Positions 39,318 through 41,160 of a stretch of 41,160 nt of DNA are shown here, piece by piece. Source of the stretch: an uncultured Oscillospiraceae bacterium. Lineage in GTDB: Bacteria; Bacillota; Clostridia; Christensenellales; Aristaeellaceae. Every line of letters begins with the position of its first letter. Position 1 is the first letter of the stretch. A program made the position numbers and the translations under genes. The notes beneath the pieces are model-generated. The model saw only the letters and a program-made list of their open reading frames with translations. It was not told the DNA's origin and did no database searches. The stretch lies in the NCBI GenBank assembly GCA_964620835.1, contig CAZUIA010000002.1:1-41160 (forward strand). Direction: 5' to 3'.

Positions 39318-40328
39318 CTATTTAGACGGCTTGCCGGGCATCCTGACCCGGGTGGCGGCCCGGTTTCTGGCGTTATCCAGCAGCACCGCGCCGATGACGA
39401 CAAACCCGGTGACAAACGTCTGCCAGTGCGCCTGCAGGCCCAGGGACGCAAGGCCCGTCTTGAGCGTGGACATGATGAACACGCCGATGAGCGTGCCGAC
39501 CATCGTGCCCGCGCCGCCCGCCATGGACGTGCCGCCGATGACGACGCCCGCGATGGCGTTGAGCTCCTGGCCGTTGCCGGTGCCGGGGATGGCGGTCGTA
39601 TAGGTCGCCGCGTAAAAGATGCCCGCCAACCCGCTGAACAGGCCGCACACCGTGTAGGCGAGGATCTTCCACCGGTCCGCCTTCACGCCCGAAAGGCGGG
39701 CCGCCTCCTCGTTGGAGCCGATGGCGAACGCGTAGCGGCCAAAGCGCGTCTTGTTCAGCAAAAACGCGGCCAGGAGAAACACCGCCGCCAGGTACACCGC
39801 GCCGATGGGGAACTGGCCCGTCCGAAAGAACACGCTCTTGAACCACTCATTCTCCGAGCCGACCGTCGGGTAGCGCTGGGTCTGCACCTTCGATACGATC
39901 GACCCAAACCCCTGCGAGACCAGCATCGTGCCCAGGGTGGCGATGAACGGCGGAAGCTTGAGCTTGGCGACCATCAGCCCGTTGAGCAGGCCGAACAAAA
40001 GCCCCACCAGCGGCACCACGCAAAGCGAAAGCCACAGCGGCCAGTGCCAGGCGCTGAACGCCACGCCGCCGATCACCGAGGCGCACATCATCACCGTGCC
40101 GATCGACAGATCAATGCCGCCCGTGATGATGATGAACGTCACGCCAAAGGCCATGAATCCGATGAAATAAGACGATTCAAGGATCGTTTTCAGCGTATAG
40201 GTCGAAAAGAAGTTTTTGCCAAAGATCGAGAAAAAGAGATACAGGATCACCAGCGCCGCCGGGGCGAGCAGCTTTTGCATGTCAAACCGCTTGCGCTCGA
40301 CAAGGGTTTGGGGCGTTCCGTTTTCCAT
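39318..40328 (-). CDS. Sugar ABC transporter permease (RbsC/BPD_transp_2 family)
   Basis: I trimmed the ORF to ATG 40328, which follows ATAGGAGGAG. The motifs IIITGGIDLSIGTVM, RYAFAIGSNEEAARLSGV and GGTSMAGGAGTMVGTLIG are typical of RbsC-like permeases. Confidence 0.85.
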   Translation of the reverse strand: MENGTPQTLVERKRFDMQKLLAPAALVILYLFFSIFGKNFFSTYTLKTILESSYFIGFMAFGVTFIIITGGIDLSIGTVMMCASVIGGVAFSAWHWPLWLSLCVVPLVGLLFGLLNGLMVAKLKLPPFIATLGTMLVSQGFGSIVSKVQTQRYPTVGSENEWFKSVFFRTGQFPIGAVYLAAVFLLAAFLLNKTRFGRYAFAIGSNEEAARLSGVKADRWKILAYTVCGLFSGLAGIFYAATYTTAIPGTGNGQELNAIAGVVIGGTSMAGGAGTMVGTLIGVFIMSTLKTGLASLGLQAHWQTFVTGFVVIGAVLLDNARNRAATRVRMPGKPSK

Positions 40329-40366
40329 CGTACTCCTCCTATGCGTGCGGCGTGATGCGCGCCTTG

Positions 40367-41160
40367 CTATGCGCGCGGCGCGGCCAGCGCCATGATCCTT
40401 TCCTGCGTGGCTTCCTCGATCGGCATTTCGCCCGTCTTTTCGCCCTCGCACATGACGAGGATGCGGTCGCTCATGCGAAGCAGCTCGGGCATTTCCGAGG
40501 AAATCATGATGATGGACTTGCCCGCCTTGGCAAGCTGGTTCATCAGCTTATAGATCTCATTCTTGGCACCCACGTCGATGCCGCGCGTCGGCTCGTCGAA
40601 AATGAGGATGTCGCAGTTTCGCACCAACCACCTGGCGAGCACCACCTTTTGCTGGTTGCCGCCGGACAGGCTCAGCACCCGGGTGTCGACCGTCGGGGTC
40701 TTGATGTTGATCCGCTCGCGGTATTCATGCGCCACCTGGCGTACCTTCCGGTCGTCCACGGTCAGGGCGCCGGAAAATTCTTCAAGGCTCGCCAGCGCCA
40801 CGTTGTTGGCCACCGACAGCGAAAGGCACAGGCCGAACTGCTTTCGGTCCTCCGACAGGTAGCCGATGCCCGCCGCGACCGCGTCGCTCGGGCTTTTGAT
40901 CAGCGCCCTTCGGCCGTTTACGTAGATTTCGCCGCCGTCGCGCCTGTCCGCGCCGCAGATGAGCCGGGCCATCTCGGTCCTGCCCGCGCCCATGAGCCCT
41001 GCGACGCCGAGGATCTCCCCTTTGTGAAGGACGAACGACACGCCCTTCACGTCGCGGGACCTGAGATCCTTTACCTCCATCATAATAGGCGCCCCGGCCG
41101 GCACGGCGCTTTTTTCCTTGGGCTGCTCATAGATCACGCGGCCAACCATCATGCGGATGA
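40367..41160 (-). CDS. Sugar ABC transporter ATP-binding protein (RbsA/MglA type), C-terminal second NBD only; the gene continues past the window end
   Basis: It has Walker A GLMGAGRTE, the signature LSGGNQQKVVLARWL and Walker B ILIFDEPTRGIDVGAK. The reading frame stays open upstream of the track Met (..IRMMVGR is the usual inter-NBD linker). Confidence 0.85.
   Translation of the reverse strand, partial: IRMMVGRVIYEQPKEKSAVPAGAPIMMEVKDLRSRDVKGVSFVLHKGEILGVAGLMGAGRTEMARLICGADRRDGGEIYVNGRRALIKSPSDAVAAGIGYLSEDRKQFGLCLSLSVANNVALASLEEFSGALTVDDRKVRQVAHEYRERINIKTPTVDTRVLSLSGGNQQKVVLARWLVRNCDILIFDEPTRGIDVGAKNEIYKLMNQLAKAGKSIIMISSEMPELLRMSDRILVMCEGEKTGEMPIEEATQERIMALAAPRA

Noticed and set aside
1-41160. 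A scan for CRISPR arrays, tRNA/rRNA genes, transposases, integrases, and toxin-antitoxin or known defence-system genes.
   Set aside because: No regularly spaced direct repeats, no tRNA-like cloverleaf candidates, and no recombinase or transposase motifs were seen in any ORF translation. The only DNA-level repeats are the short regulatory motifs reported and the intragenic PG_binding_1 and ZinT domain duplications.

Overview
This is a high-GC, Clostridia-like (Firmicutes) chromosomal window. It most likely comes from a spore-former, because it carries spore photoproduct lyase, a Spo0E-like phosphatase gene and Spo0A-box sequences. I support about 37 protein-coding genes and found no rRNA, tRNA, CRISPR array or obvious mobile element. 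Gene order: (1) a tightly coupled minus-strand operon of udk, an ASRT-like protein, a class II aldolase and a PHP phosphoesterase; (2) two hypothetical envelope proteins and an alpha-toroid-like hypothetical; (3) pyruvate kinase; (4) a secreted 3x PG_binding_1 protein with a Cys/His-rich tail; (5) a nucleotidyltransferase and a HAD-IIA phosphatase, divergent from a PQQ-like beta-propeller protein; (6) a yerC-like gene, pcrA, ligA and a nuclease-XPD/DinG-like helicase; (7) a six-gene minus-strand zinc-acquisition locus; (8) a divergent OmpR/histidine-kinase pair; (9) splB; (10) a MarR gene, a BCCT transporter and a CUT1-type ABC (two permeases plus a binding protein, no ATPase); (11) an ECF sigma/anti-sigma pair; (12) a Spo0E-like small ORF missing from the ORF track; (13) a secreted SH3 + 5x PG_binding_1 protein; (14) a half-size EamA transporter; (15) a ribose-type sugar ABC operon truncated at the window end. 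The most unusual content is the zinc locus (19182-24413). Its ZnuA-type binding protein carries two tandem ZinT/YodA-like domains nested in its His-rich loop. It is flanked by three small Cys/His-motif accessory proteins. A 12-16 nt AT-rich motif is shared between its internal promoter region and the divergent two-component-system promoter region. All calls come from reading the sequence and ORF translations by eye. Family assignments rest on remembered motifs, not on searches. Start codons were chosen from visible Shine-Dalgarno context. The many long Arg/Ala/Gly/His-rich ORFs antisense to recognisable genes are treated as high-GC artefacts.
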